A stretch of DNA of 64,000 nucleotides, taken from NCBI GenBank assembly GCA_017533565.1, contig JAFXHU010000026.1, forward strand, positions 1,949-65,948, given 5' to 3'. Of this stretch, positions 8,903 to 17,790 are shown piece by piece. The notes under the pieces are model-generated. The model had not been told where the DNA came from and did not search any database. It saw only the letters and a list, made by a program, of their open reading frames with translations. The DNA comes from Clostridia bacterium (GTDB lineage: Bacteria > Bacillota > Clostridia > Oscillospirales > CAG-272). Each line of letters opens with the position of its first letter. Position 1 is the first letter of the stretch. A program made the position numbers and the translations under genes.

Positions 8903-10416
8903 TGCCGCGTACTGTATTCAGAAAAAGCTTTCGCTCTATGCGGCTTGCGATGCTTACGGCAACGGTTATTTCCGTCGGTCTTGCAATCGGGGCGTTTCTC
9001 CTTATCCAGCTTGGGGCGACAAGCTATATAAAAAACAACTACATTTCAGAGGAAAATAAGCTCAAGCGCGAGATGGAATATGCCCGCGAGCTTCAGGAAT
9101 ACGTAATAGAAAACGACCTTTCGAGCGGTGACGTAGAGATGCTCGCAAAATGGGCGCAGGGTAACCGCTATCTTTACGTTATGATTCACAAGGACGATAA
9201 GCTCCTTTTTGAAACGGGAAAATTCGACGACGAATTTAAAAAACCTACCGATACGCCCGACGAGGGTAACACGGAGCAGCCGCCCGAGCCGCCCGTGGGC
9301 GATGAAAATACCGAGGGCGGCACCGAAAACGGGGATACCACCGAGTCGGACGCAGAGACGGGCGAGGAGGACGGACGCGGCTCGATAGGCTCGGGTATTA
9401 CCGTCGATATGCCTACGCGCGAGGAGCTTGTGAAATACGCCATAGAAAACGGCGCGCATCTTATTACTATGTCAGATGTCTCCGTGCTTGTTTCAATGGC
9501 AGACTTTTCGGAGTATCTTTACTACGATATAACTAATATTACGGCTATTCTTGCCGCGGTGATAGTTCTCGCCTCTTCGGTGCTTCTTTATTCTCACGGA
9601 GTGACGCGGCGTATAACGAAGATTGCGGGCGACGTGGCGATTGTCGTTGACGGAAATATGTACCACTCCATTCGCACCGACGGAAAGGACGAGCTTGGCA
9701 GGCTTTCTCACGACGTCGAGAGTATGAGAAGCACGATGCTCGAAAACCTCAAAAAGGAGAGGGAGGCAATGGACGCAAACGCGGAACTTGTCACCTCTAT
9801 GTCGCACGATATACGCACACCGCTTACCGTTTTGCTCGGCTATCTTAACGTTATGAAGCTTCATTCCACCGACGAGGAGATGTTAAGCTATATTCGTGCA
9901 TCGGAGAAAACCGCGCTTCGTCTTAAAAAGCTTTCGGACGATATGTTTAACTACTTTTTGCTTTTCGGAGGCGGAGCGTCCGAGGTGGATTTACAGGATT
10001 ACGACGCTTACACGCTTTTGGACCAGATGCTCTCGGAGCACGTGCTGCTTTTGAGGGAGCAGGGCTATAACGTGGAGTCGGACGTTGCGGAAATTAGCGG
10101 CGGAAAGCCTACCGTAAGGACGGATGCAAACCACCTTAAGAGAATAGTGGAAAACGTGATTTCAAACGTTTTTAAATATGCGGACATTGAAAAGCCCGTT
10201 TTGTTTTCGGGCAGGGTAGAGGGCGAGAGCGTGTACGTTTCCGTCACCAACGGAGTAAGGACGGATTCTGCCGATGCGGAGAGCAACGGAATCGGAATTA
10301 AAACCTGTCGCAAGCTTGCGGGCGAGATGGGCGCGCGCCTTGAAACCGAGGAGGCGGACGGAAAATATACGGTTACGCTCACCCTTCCGCTAACGGCAAC
10401 GGAGGAAAAACGATGA
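8902..10416 (+). CDS. Sensor histidine kinase (two TM segments, acidic low-complexity extracytoplasmic insert)
   Basis: H-box SHDIRTPLT and a HATPase_c C-terminus (N-box/G-box region). The ATGA overlap with the regulator stop supports the 8902 start. Confidence 0.85.
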   Translation: MPRTVFRKSFRSMRLAMLTATVISVGLAIGAFLLIQLGATSYIKNNYISEENKLKREMEYARELQEYVIENDLSSGDVEMLAKWAQGNRYLYVMIHKDDKLLFETGKFDDEFKKPTDTPDEGNTEQPPEPPVGDENTEGGTENGDTTESDAETGEEDGRGSIGSGITVDMPTREELVKYAIENGAHLITMSDVSVLVSMADFSEYLYYDITNITAILAAVIVLASSVLLYSHGVTRRITKIAGDVAIVVDGNMYHSIRTDGKDELGRLSHDVESMRSTMLENLKKEREAMDANAELVTSMSHDIRTPLTVLLGYLNVMKLHSTDEEMLSYIRASEKTALRLKKLSDDMFNYFLLFGGGASEVDLQDYDAYTLLDQMLSEHVLLLREQGYNVESDVAEISGGKPTVRTDANHLKRIVENVISNVFKYADIEKPVLFSGRVEGESVYVSVTNGVRTDSADAESNGIGIKTCRKLAGEMGARLETEEADGKYTVTLTLPLTATEEKR

Positions 10417-11336
10417 TAAGCTTTATTAACGTAAAGGACGACGGGGGCACGCGGGAGCTTCTTTCCTCGCTTCCCGCGGAGCTTTTGGAATACGGCGAGC
10501 TTCTTTTGGAGGACTTTCGCGCGATTGCGGAGGAAATAGAGGAGGCGGCTGTATGCGTAAGCGACGGCTGTATGCTCGTGCGGGTGCTTGACGGCGGGGA
10601 GTATATGTTTATTTTCCCGATTATGCTTTCGGCGGAGGGCGACACCGCGGGTGCGCTGCTTTCGCTTTCGGAATACGTGCGTCGGGAGCTGCTTCCGTTT
10701 TTGCTTACCGACGTGCCGCGCGAGGGGCTGGGGCTTCTTTGCGAGGTATTTGCTCACGTAGATGCAAGGGCATACGCGGACGACGAGGATACCTTCGCCG
10801 CCATAGTTAAAAACGAGCTTGATTTGATAGAGGAATATCCGACGGTGGAGCTTGACGGCTTGACCCTTTCACCGCTTGCCGACGGTGATGCCGCCGATTA
10901 TGCGCGCCTCTGCTCGGACGGGGAGGCTAACAAGTATTGGGGCTTTGACGACCTTGCCGACAATCCGACGGGCGACCCCGAAATCTTTATGCTTATAGCC
11001 GAGAGGGAGAAAAGGGACGGAATTGCTCTTTCTCTCGCGATACGCCGCGCGGGAAAATATATCGGCGAGGCGGTTATCTATAACTGTGATTTTAAGGGCG
11101 AGGCGGAGATTGGCATTCGCATCCTTTCCGAATACCGCGGGGCGGGTGTGGGCGTTTCGGCTCTCGACGCTCTTTTGAACTACTGCAAAAAAATCGGAAT
11201 TTTAGCCGTGCGGGCAAGAGTAAGGGCGGAGAATACCCCCGCAATACGAATGACGGAGAAGCGGCTTGCCGAAACGAAGCGGGAGGACGGGGTGGTTTAC
11301 TTTTTCGCTCCCGTCGGCGGCTTTGAGCTTGGGTAG
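10413..11336 (+). CDS. GNAT family N-acetyltransferase with an uncharacterised N-terminal domain of about 150 aa
   Basis: C-terminal acetyl-CoA-binding pattern (YRGAGVGVSALDALLNYCKK...RARVRAENTPAIRM). ATGA overlap with the kinase stop. Confidence 0.7.
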   Translation: MISFINVKDDGGTRELLSSLPAELLEYGELLLEDFRAIAEEIEEAAVCVSDGCMLVRVLDGGEYMFIFPIMLSAEGDTAGALLSLSEYVRRELLPFLLTDVPREGLGLLCEVFAHVDARAYADDEDTFAAIVKNELDLIEEYPTVELDGLTLSPLADGDAADYARLCSDGEANKYWGFDDLADNPTGDPEIFMLIAEREKRDGIALSLAIRRAGKYIGEAVIYNCDFKGEAEIGIRILSEYRGAGVGVSALDALLNYCKKIGILAVRARVRAENTPAIRMTEKRLAETKREDGVVYFFAPVGGFELG

Positions 11337-11413
11337 GCTTTGCCTTCGCTTCGGCGCGGGGCTTCGCCTTGGATTGGGCGCGGGCTTACCTTGAATTTGG
11401 GGCGCGCCGCCAC

Positions 11414-11442
11414 TTGACACGCGCGCGTGTTTGTGCTATACT
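11414..11442 (+). promoter_or_regulatory. Sigma-A promoter
   Basis: TTGACA, 17-bp spacer, TATACT. Confidence 0.55.
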
Positions 11443-11472
11443 TACAGGGTAAAAAACGTTTAAGAGGGTAAT

Positions 11473-12264
11473 ATGAAAAACAAATCGGTTATTTTAAGCC
11501 GCACCGCAATCACCTTTCTTGTCGGAAGCTTGATATTCGCGGGCTTTGCGGTATATTTCTTCGTGACTCCCTCGCTTATGCAAACGCAAAAAACCTGGGG
11601 CTGGTTATCGGTTGTGTGCGCGGTATTCTTTCTTCTTTCCACGCTTATGGTGCCGCTTTTCTACGTCGTTGACAAAAAGGGCATTCGCATTCGCTACATA
11701 ACGGGAGATAAGGAAAATTACGAGTGGAAAAACGTTGAAGGCGTGGTTGCCGAATACGACACGCTCGTTCCCTTCATTTTCGATACCTATCGCATCGACG
11801 GTGACGATTATACCGTTTATATGTTCTATAAGGAGGGCCGTATGGAGCGCTCCGCCGCACTCGCGAGGGCAATTAAGTTTCACTCCGGGAAGGCGGTTGT
11901 AGGTCTTATCCCCGACGGTCTTTCGGCAGGTGCGGCAAGGCGCTTTAAGATTTCTTACGGAAAGGCTCCGAATTCCGACGCGGCACAGGCGGCGGAAAGA
12001 GCGGTAAGAAAGACGGTCCGCGATGCGGCGGCATCCGTAGAGGGCGCGAAGGGTGCTTCCTTCAGCTACTCCTACGTGACGAAGGACGGCGGCTGTGAAA
12101 AGCGTCCCTACGTAGATTACACCTATATTCTCACGGTAAAGGGAGAAGAAAAAACGCCCGTAACCGTCACGCTTTTGAGCGTGAAAAGAAAGGGTAACAA
12201 CCTGAAGGTGATTTTTGAAGCCGACAGGGATACCGTTGCGGCGGAGCTTGAAAAAGCGTTTTAA
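11473..12264 (+). CDS. Hypothetical membrane protein (two N-terminal TM helices, possible bacterial PH-like domain)
   Basis: 263 aa. Good RBS (AGAGGG). Two hydrophobic helices followed by a soluble domain. No family recognised. Confidence 0.55.
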   Translation: MKNKSVILSRTAITFLVGSLIFAGFAVYFFVTPSLMQTQKTWGWLSVVCAVFFLLSTLMVPLFYVVDKKGIRIRYITGDKENYEWKNVEGVVAEYDTLVPFIFDTYRIDGDDYTVYMFYKEGRMERSAALARAIKFHSGKAVVGLIPDGLSAGAARRFKISYGKAPNSDAAQAAERAVRKTVRDAAASVEGAKGASFSYSYVTKDGGCEKRPYVDYTYILTVKGEEKTPVTVTLLSVKRKGNNLKVIFEADRDTVAAELEKAF

Positions 12265-12275
12265 ATCAAATTAAG

Positions 12276-12297
12276 CAGCCTTCCGCGAGGAAGGCTG
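12276..12297 (+). terminator. Hairpin after the 11473 gene
   Basis: CAGCCTTCC-GCGA-GGAAGGCTG stem-loop with a weak T tract. Confidence 0.45.
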
Positions 12298-12455
12298 AAC
12301 TTTTAACGCCGCCGAAAATAGGGCAAAAATCCGACGTCATCGCAAGGGAAAGTCGGGTTTAATGCCTTCGCAAGGAATACAAAAATAAAAAGCCCTCGTA
12401 CGCAGGGTTAAATTTAACGCCGCCCCGTGCGGCGGATATTAAGCGGAGAAGGGAG

Positions 12456-15050
12456 GTGCTTGCCGTGAAAAGCACGGTTATCGGAATAATCGCTCACGTT
12501 GACGCGGGTAAAACCACGCTTTCGGAGGCTATGCTATATACGTCGGGCGCGGTTGACAGGCTTGGCAGGGTTGATAAGGCAAGCACGCATCTCGACACGC
12601 ACGCGCTCGAGCGAGAGCGCGGAATTACCGTTTTCTCCTCGCAGGCGGAGTTTACCGCGGGGAATACTAACGTTACCCTTATCGACACGCCCGGGCATAT
12701 CGACTTTTCCTGTGAAACCGAGCGCACCCTCGCCGTGGAGGATTACGCCGTGCTTGTCGTAAGCGCGACCGACGGTGTTACAGCGCATACCAAAACGCTT
12801 TGGCGGCTGCTTTCCGCGCGGAAAATCCCCACCTTTATTTTCGTAAACAAAACCGACCTTTCGACACGTCTGCGCCGCGAGCTTCGCGACGAGCTTCGCA
12901 CCGCCCTTTCGCCGAGGTGCGTGGATTTTATTGCGGAGGGGACGGAGGAATTTTACGAGGACGTCGCATCCTCCTCCGAGCGTCTTATGGAGAAATATTT
13001 TAACACGGGTGCGGTGGAACCGTCGGATATTGCCGAGGCTATACTCTCGCGAAGGATATTTCCCTGCTTCTTCGGGTCGGCTCTTAAGCTCTCGGGAGTG
13101 AGGGAGCTTTTGTCGGGTCTTGACCGCTTTACGGTTGCAAAAAATTACCCGACGGATATGCTCGGCGCGCGGGTTTTCAAGATTATGCGCGACAAAAACG
13201 GAAGGCGCGTCACGTTTTTAAAGGTGACGGGCGGAAAAATCGCGACGAAGGATATTATAGAGCTTTCAACCCCGTCGGGCGCGGTATCCGAAAAGGTGGA
13301 GGAAATCCGCGTGTTTTCCGCGGAGCGAAGCCGACCCGTGTCACAGGCAACGGCGGGTGACGTGGTTGGAATTTACGGACTCAATTCAACCGCGGCGGGA
13401 ATGGGCATCGGCTTTGAGCCGAATGATACCGCAATGCTTGCGCCTGCGCTAAACTACCGAATTATTTTACCCGAGGGGGCAAGCCCCTACGAAATTTACC
13501 TCCGCCTTGGCGAGCTTGCCGAGGAGGAGCCTTCGCTCTCGCTTTCGTATATTGCCGAAAGCTCCGAAATCCGCGTAAGCCTTATGGGAGAGATACAGCT
13601 TGAGGTTTTGCGCCGACTCATACTCGACAGGCTCGGCGTTGAGGTGTCCTTCGACGAGGGGAAAATACTCTATCGCGAAACCGTGGCAAGCACGGTAAGG
13701 GGCGCGGGGCATTTTGAGCCGATAGGGCATTATGCGGAGGTGCATATAGAGATAGAGCCGCTTCCCGAGGGCAGCGGCGTGGTTGCCGCAACCGATTGCG
13801 ACAGGGATATTCTCGCGCTCAATTGGCAAAGGCTGATTATGACGCATATTGAGGAAAGAAGGCACAAGGGCGTGCTTGTCGGCGCACCTCTTACCGACGT
13901 GCGAATTACCGTAAAGGGCGGGCGCGCACACAACAAGCATACCGAGGGCGGCGACTTTCGCCAGGCTACCTACCGCGCGGTAAGGCAGGCGCTTATGAAG
14001 GCGGAGTGCGTGCTGCTCGAGCCGACCTTTGATTTCACGATAGAGGTACCCGTGTCAAATTTGGGAAGGGTTATTACCGATATTTCAAATATGTCGGGAA
14101 GGATTTTTTCCACCGATACCGCGGGCGGACTTGCCACCGTTATCGGAAACGCGCCCGTTTTGACGGTGCGCTCCTATCCCGAAGCAATAAGGGCGTTTAC
14201 GCGCGGGGAGGGAAGTATCACGCTTACCCCCGCGGGCTATGCTCCCGCACATAACAGCGAGTCGGTTATTGCCGAGATTGGCTATAACGCGGAGCTTGAC
14301 GAAAGGCATCCCGCAGGCTCGGTTTTCTGTCGCGCGGGGGCGGGATACTCCGTGCCGTGGTATGAGGCTGACGAGAAAATGCACGCCCCGCCGCAGGACG
14401 AAGGTGGCGCGGCGGACGGCGAGGACGGCGAAATTCCCGCAAGAGCAAGGGCGGTCAAATACGGCGGCACGCTCGAGGAGGATAAGGAGCTTATGCGTAT
14501 TTTCGAGGCAACCTACGGCAAGCCGAAAAAGCGTACCGTCGGGCAAGGGCGTGTAAACTCCGCCACGGAGCAAAAGCCGAAAGCACCCAAAAAGCAGGTG
14601 CGCCGCGGCGAGGACTACGTAATTATCGACGGATACAACGTTATTCACGCCTGGGGAGAATTAAAGGCGGCAAGCGAGATTGATTTTTCGCTCGCAAGAG
14701 AGGCACTGATTCGCCTTATGTGCAGCTATTCTGCATTTAAAAGATGTAACGTTATTATCGTTTTCGACGCCTATATGGTAAAGGACGGAAGGGGAAGCAC
14801 CGAAAAATACGGAGGCGTCACCGTCGTTTATACAAGAGAAAGACAGACCGCCGATGCGTTTATCGAGCGCGCGACCTACGAAATGGCGGAGGATAATTAC
14901 GTGAGAGTCGTCACCTCGGATATGGAGGAGCAGTTTATTATTCTCGGCAACGGTGCGTACCGAGTAAGCCCGAAGGAGCTTCGTGCGGAGCTTGACGGGG
15001 TGGCTCTTGAAATAGAGGAAGCCATTGAAAAATACAAAAAGAAAAGATAA
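12456..15050 (+). CDS. Translational GTPase (EF-G/Tet(M)-like, five domains) fused to a C-terminal Rae1/YacP-type NYN endoribonuclease domain
   Basis: G1 AHVDAGKTT, G3 DTPGH, G4 NKTD. The C-terminal 150 aa or so (YVIIDGYNVIHAW...IVFDAY...VVTSDMEEQFI) is collinear with B. subtilis YacP/Rae1. The alternative GTG start at 12465 has better RBS spacing. Confidence 0.85.
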   Translation: MLAVKSTVIGIIAHVDAGKTTLSEAMLYTSGAVDRLGRVDKASTHLDTHALERERGITVFSSQAEFTAGNTNVTLIDTPGHIDFSCETERTLAVEDYAVLVVSATDGVTAHTKTLWRLLSARKIPTFIFVNKTDLSTRLRRELRDELRTALSPRCVDFIAEGTEEFYEDVASSSERLMEKYFNTGAVEPSDIAEAILSRRIFPCFFGSALKLSGVRELLSGLDRFTVAKNYPTDMLGARVFKIMRDKNGRRVTFLKVTGGKIATKDIIELSTPSGAVSEKVEEIRVFSAERSRPVSQATAGDVVGIYGLNSTAAGMGIGFEPNDTAMLAPALNYRIILPEGASPYEIYLRLGELAEEEPSLSLSYIAESSEIRVSLMGEIQLEVLRRLILDRLGVEVSFDEGKILYRETVASTVRGAGHFEPIGHYAEVHIEIEPLPEGSGVVAATDCDRDILALNWQRLIMTHIEERRHKGVLVGAPLTDVRITVKGGRAHNKHTEGGDFRQATYRAVRQALMKAECVLLEPTFDFTIEVPVSNLGRVITDISNMSGRIFSTDTAGGLATVIGNAPVLTVRSYPEAIRAFTRGEGSITLTPAGYAPAHNSESVIAEIGYNAELDERHPAGSVFCRAGAGYSVPWYEADEKMHAPPQDEGGAADGEDGEIPARARAVKYGGTLEEDKELMRIFEATYGKPKKRTVGQGRVNSATEQKPKAPKKQVRRGEDYVIIDGYNVIHAWGELKAASEIDFSLAREALIRLMCSYSAFKRCNVIIVFDAYMVKDGRGSTEKYGGVTVVYTRERQTADAFIERATYEMAEDNYVRVVTSDMEEQFIILGNGAYRVSPKELRAELDGVALEIEEAIEKYKKKR

Positions 15051-15062
15051 TTTTTGAATTTT

Positions 15063-15099
15063 AAAAAGGGGCGGCGGTAAGCGCAGCCCCTTTGATTTT
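15063..15099 (+). terminator. Intrinsic terminator after the GTPase-NYN gene
   Basis: AAAGGGGC...GCCCCTTT stem followed by TTGATTTT. Confidence 0.6.
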
Positions 15100-15108
15100 A
15101 ATAAGAAA

Positions 15109-15147
15109 ACCCCGCCCCGTGTTAAATTACGGGGCGGGGCGCTTTTT
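15109..15147. terminator. Bidirectional hairpin terminator between convergent genes
   Basis: ACCCCGCCCCG / CGGGGCGGGG stem, A-run on the left and T-run on the right. Confidence 0.7.
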
Positions 15148-15193
15148 GCGTTGCATTGTTTTTTTTGTAAAGCTTTGTTTACGCTTTTTGGGG

Positions 15194-17530
15194 TTATTCC
15201 TCCTGCCAGCTCTCCATCGGGATAACGGCTGTATAGCCGTTTTCCTCAATCGGCTCTATGACGAGGGCGGAGGATATTTTGCTCGTACCGCCGTGCGTTA
15301 CGACAAGGCGGGAATATTCGCTTCTGTCGTTTTCTCCCTCAAAGCTTCGGGTGGTGGGTAACAGGAAGTCGTAGCAATCGCGAACCGAAAGGCTTCCGTC
15401 GCCGACAAGGGTGACCTTTATTTGCTGTCCGTCCCTGTGCGTCATTACGCAGGTTCGTCCGTCAAGCTCCGCGGTAATCTCCGCGCTCTTGAAATGTGCA
15501 ACCGCGTATGCGCGCTCGGGTGCGGTAAGCTCCAGCTCGTCCTGTATTACGAGCGTTTTTCTATCGTTTGTGAGAAGCATTCCGCGCCTCGCAAAGCCAA
15601 CCTTATCCTCGTAAACCGTGCCGTTATCTATTACGGCAAAGGCGTTTTTGCCCGAATGGTGACGGGTGATTTTACCCGTACAGTTACCGCCCTGTCCGTA
15701 ATCTACCGAGGGAAGCGATAGAACGTTATTGCCCTCCGCGCACCGCTTGTAAAGGTGGTAGTTTCCGAAATATCCCTCTTTAATATTGTAGTAGTCCGCG
15801 CCGAGGTCGGTAAACCAAAGCACTCCGAAATTGTGATAGACGAACGAGCCTGAATCAAGCTGGTTGTGGCTTCCGCCGACGGGGTTGTAGCCTCCCATAA
15901 TTCCCGCGTAAAGCTTTCCCGACTCCCAGCCGTCCCTTACGACGAGGGCGTCGATGCCCTCCATAAAATAATCAAGCTCAAGGGAGGTGAGCGCGGGGAC
16001 CTCGTTTCCTCTTACCGCGGGGTGGTAGAGAAGGTCGTAAAGGCTTGCCTTTTTACCTCTTTTGATATGGTCCTCGCGGAGCGCGTAGAGCATACAGTCA
16101 CCCGAAACGGTGGCAAACATATTGAAAATAGAGGTATCCTGCTTGGAGGTGTGACCGTCGTGGTAGCTCCAGCCGACGAAATCGTTTGACTCCGAGTTGA
16201 GTGCGTAGTAGCAGGTCTTGTCAAGTCCGAGCGAGAGCGAGAGTCCGAGGTCGGTGCCGAGGGCATCGTAAATTGCAGCAATAGCACGGAAAAGCGAGGC
16301 TGTGCCGTATGCCCAATAGGTGTTGGACTCCACGTAAGAGCCGTCGGGACAGTATTGCATAAGCACAAGCTCTCCCGCGGTAAGGTAGGCAAGGCAGGCG
16401 CCGAGCGTTTCCTTTATAACCGCCTGCTCTCCCTCGGTGAATACAGGCTTTGTCTGCTCGGAAAGCATAGCGAGGCAGGCAACCGTAAGACCGCCCGTGC
16501 ATACCGCATTCCAGTTGTCGGGCTTGTGCTTAAATCTCCAGCCTGTGCCCTGTCGCGCGGACGGATAGGTGGAGGTGTCCTCGATTATAGAGCGCCAGCC
16601 CTCGTAAACTCCGAGGCGGTAAATTCCGCGAATGATGGCACCCGTGTCAAGCTTTAGCATTTGCCAAGCGTCGTAAAGCCAGTCGTACGTAACCGCCGCG
16701 TAGCACGCCGCGCCCGCACAGTTAAGGAAGTGACCGGGACCCCAATGCTCCCAGGAGCAGATTTCCTTAATAGTATAATACGCCTTTATTGCGAGGTCCT
16801 CGTTTTTCGTAAGGTTATACACAAACGCCATTTCCATCGCCCTTTGTGCGTAGCCCTCGGCAAAGCTGCTTCGTCCTCCGTCGTCGTAGCCGTCCTCCTG
16901 CACCTTTCTCCAAAGCCTGTCGGCGAGGGCGGTGCCGTCCGCGTTTAGCTTGAAGTCGGGGCGTGCGGCAACCTCGTCCGCCCATTTAACCTCGTCAAGA
17001 AATACCTCCCGAAGCGCACCGTCCGCGCTTTCGTAAAGCTCGCGAAGCCTGCTCATATACTCGCGCGAGGTGAAAATGTAGGGGTGGCGATTGCCCCTTG
17101 CCTCAAAGAGGGCGAGAATACCGTCGGATATTCTTGCGAAAACGGCTCTCTCCTCCTCGGTTGCGGGGGCGTATGCCGCCTTCGGGTTGGGAATGCGCTC
17201 CACGTCAAAGAGCATTTCGGCGGAAGCTCTCATCATATACGCCTTGTCGTCGGTGTGGTTGACGCTTAAAATTTCGGGGTCGGGGTCAACGAGTATAAGA
17301 CCCGTGGAGTCGAGGTTGATATATACGCCCTCTATTTTCGTCGAGAACTCCGCACCGTCGATTAAAACGCTGTCCGCCCTCCATTCGGGTAAAAGCGCAT
17401 CGGTGGGGATATAAAGCACTCCGTCCCTTAATACGGGGGCGGCGGAAAGCGTTACGCGCTCTCCGTTTTTGAGCGCCTTTGCCGTGCGAAGCCTTAACGC
17501 AAGGGCGGGCTTTCTTTCGGTGATTTTCAT
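15194..17530 (-). CDS. Heparinase II/III-like polysaccharide lyase family protein
   Basis: About 778 aa. The HNQLDSGSFVYH motif and alpha/alpha-toroid-like centre are typical of the Hepar_II_III family. Start moved to MKITERK (17530), which has an AGGAGA RBS. Confidence 0.7.
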   Translation of the reverse strand: MKITERKPALALRLRTAKALKNGERVTLSAAPVLRDGVLYIPTDALLPEWRADSVLIDGAEFSTKIEGVYINLDSTGLILVDPDPEILSVNHTDDKAYMMRASAEMLFDVERIPNPKAAYAPATEEERAVFARISDGILALFEARGNRHPYIFTSREYMSRLRELYESADGALREVFLDEVKWADEVAARPDFKLNADGTALADRLWRKVQEDGYDDGGRSSFAEGYAQRAMEMAFVYNLTKNEDLAIKAYYTIKEICSWEHWGPGHFLNCAGAACYAAVTYDWLYDAWQMLKLDTGAIIRGIYRLGVYEGWRSIIEDTSTYPSARQGTGWRFKHKPDNWNAVCTGGLTVACLAMLSEQTKPVFTEGEQAVIKETLGACLAYLTAGELVLMQYCPDGSYVESNTYWAYGTASLFRAIAAIYDALGTDLGLSLSLGLDKTCYYALNSESNDFVGWSYHDGHTSKQDTSIFNMFATVSGDCMLYALREDHIKRGKKASLYDLLYHPAVRGNEVPALTSLELDYFMEGIDALVVRDGWESGKLYAGIMGGYNPVGGSHNQLDSGSFVYHNFGVLWFTDLGADYYNIKEGYFGNYHLYKRCAEGNNVLSLPSVDYGQGGNCTGKITRHHSGKNAFAVIDNGTVYEDKVGFARRGMLLTNDRKTLVIQDELELTAPERAYAVAHFKSAEITAELDGRTCVMTHRDGQQIKVTLVGDGSLSVRDCYDFLLPTTRSFEGENDRSEYSRLVVTHGGTSKISSALVIEPIEENGYTAVIPMESWQEE

Positions 17531-17704
17531 AATAATTCTCCTTTCGGCTGTAGGGTGGGCGAGCTGCCTTTGCATCCCGCCACACAGGTCAAATATAGCA
17601 CAGATACCTCGCATTGTCCATACGGATTGATAAAATATGGCATTTTACCGATAATTTTTGTGTAATATTTTGGCGCGCGTTAATAATTATTAAGAATACA
17701 ATAT

Positions 17705-17733
17705 TTGACAAATTGTTAAAAGTGTGTTAAAAT
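17705..17733 (+). promoter_or_regulatory. Sigma-A promoter of the MFS transporter gene
   Basis: TTGACA, 17-bp spacer, TAAAAT. Confidence 0.55.
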
Positions 17734-17790
17734 AAATCTCGGTGTTAACCAAATCCAACGCCCGCGGTGCGGGTAACAAGGAGATTTTTT

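Noticed and set aside
12456-14400. Calling the GTPase a tetracycline-resistance ribosomal protection gene, tet(M)/tet(O)
   Set aside because: It shows only family-level resemblance. Many clostridial EF-G/Tet paralogs are not resistance genes. The NYN fusion argues for a different role, and no resistance claim can be made from sequence alone.
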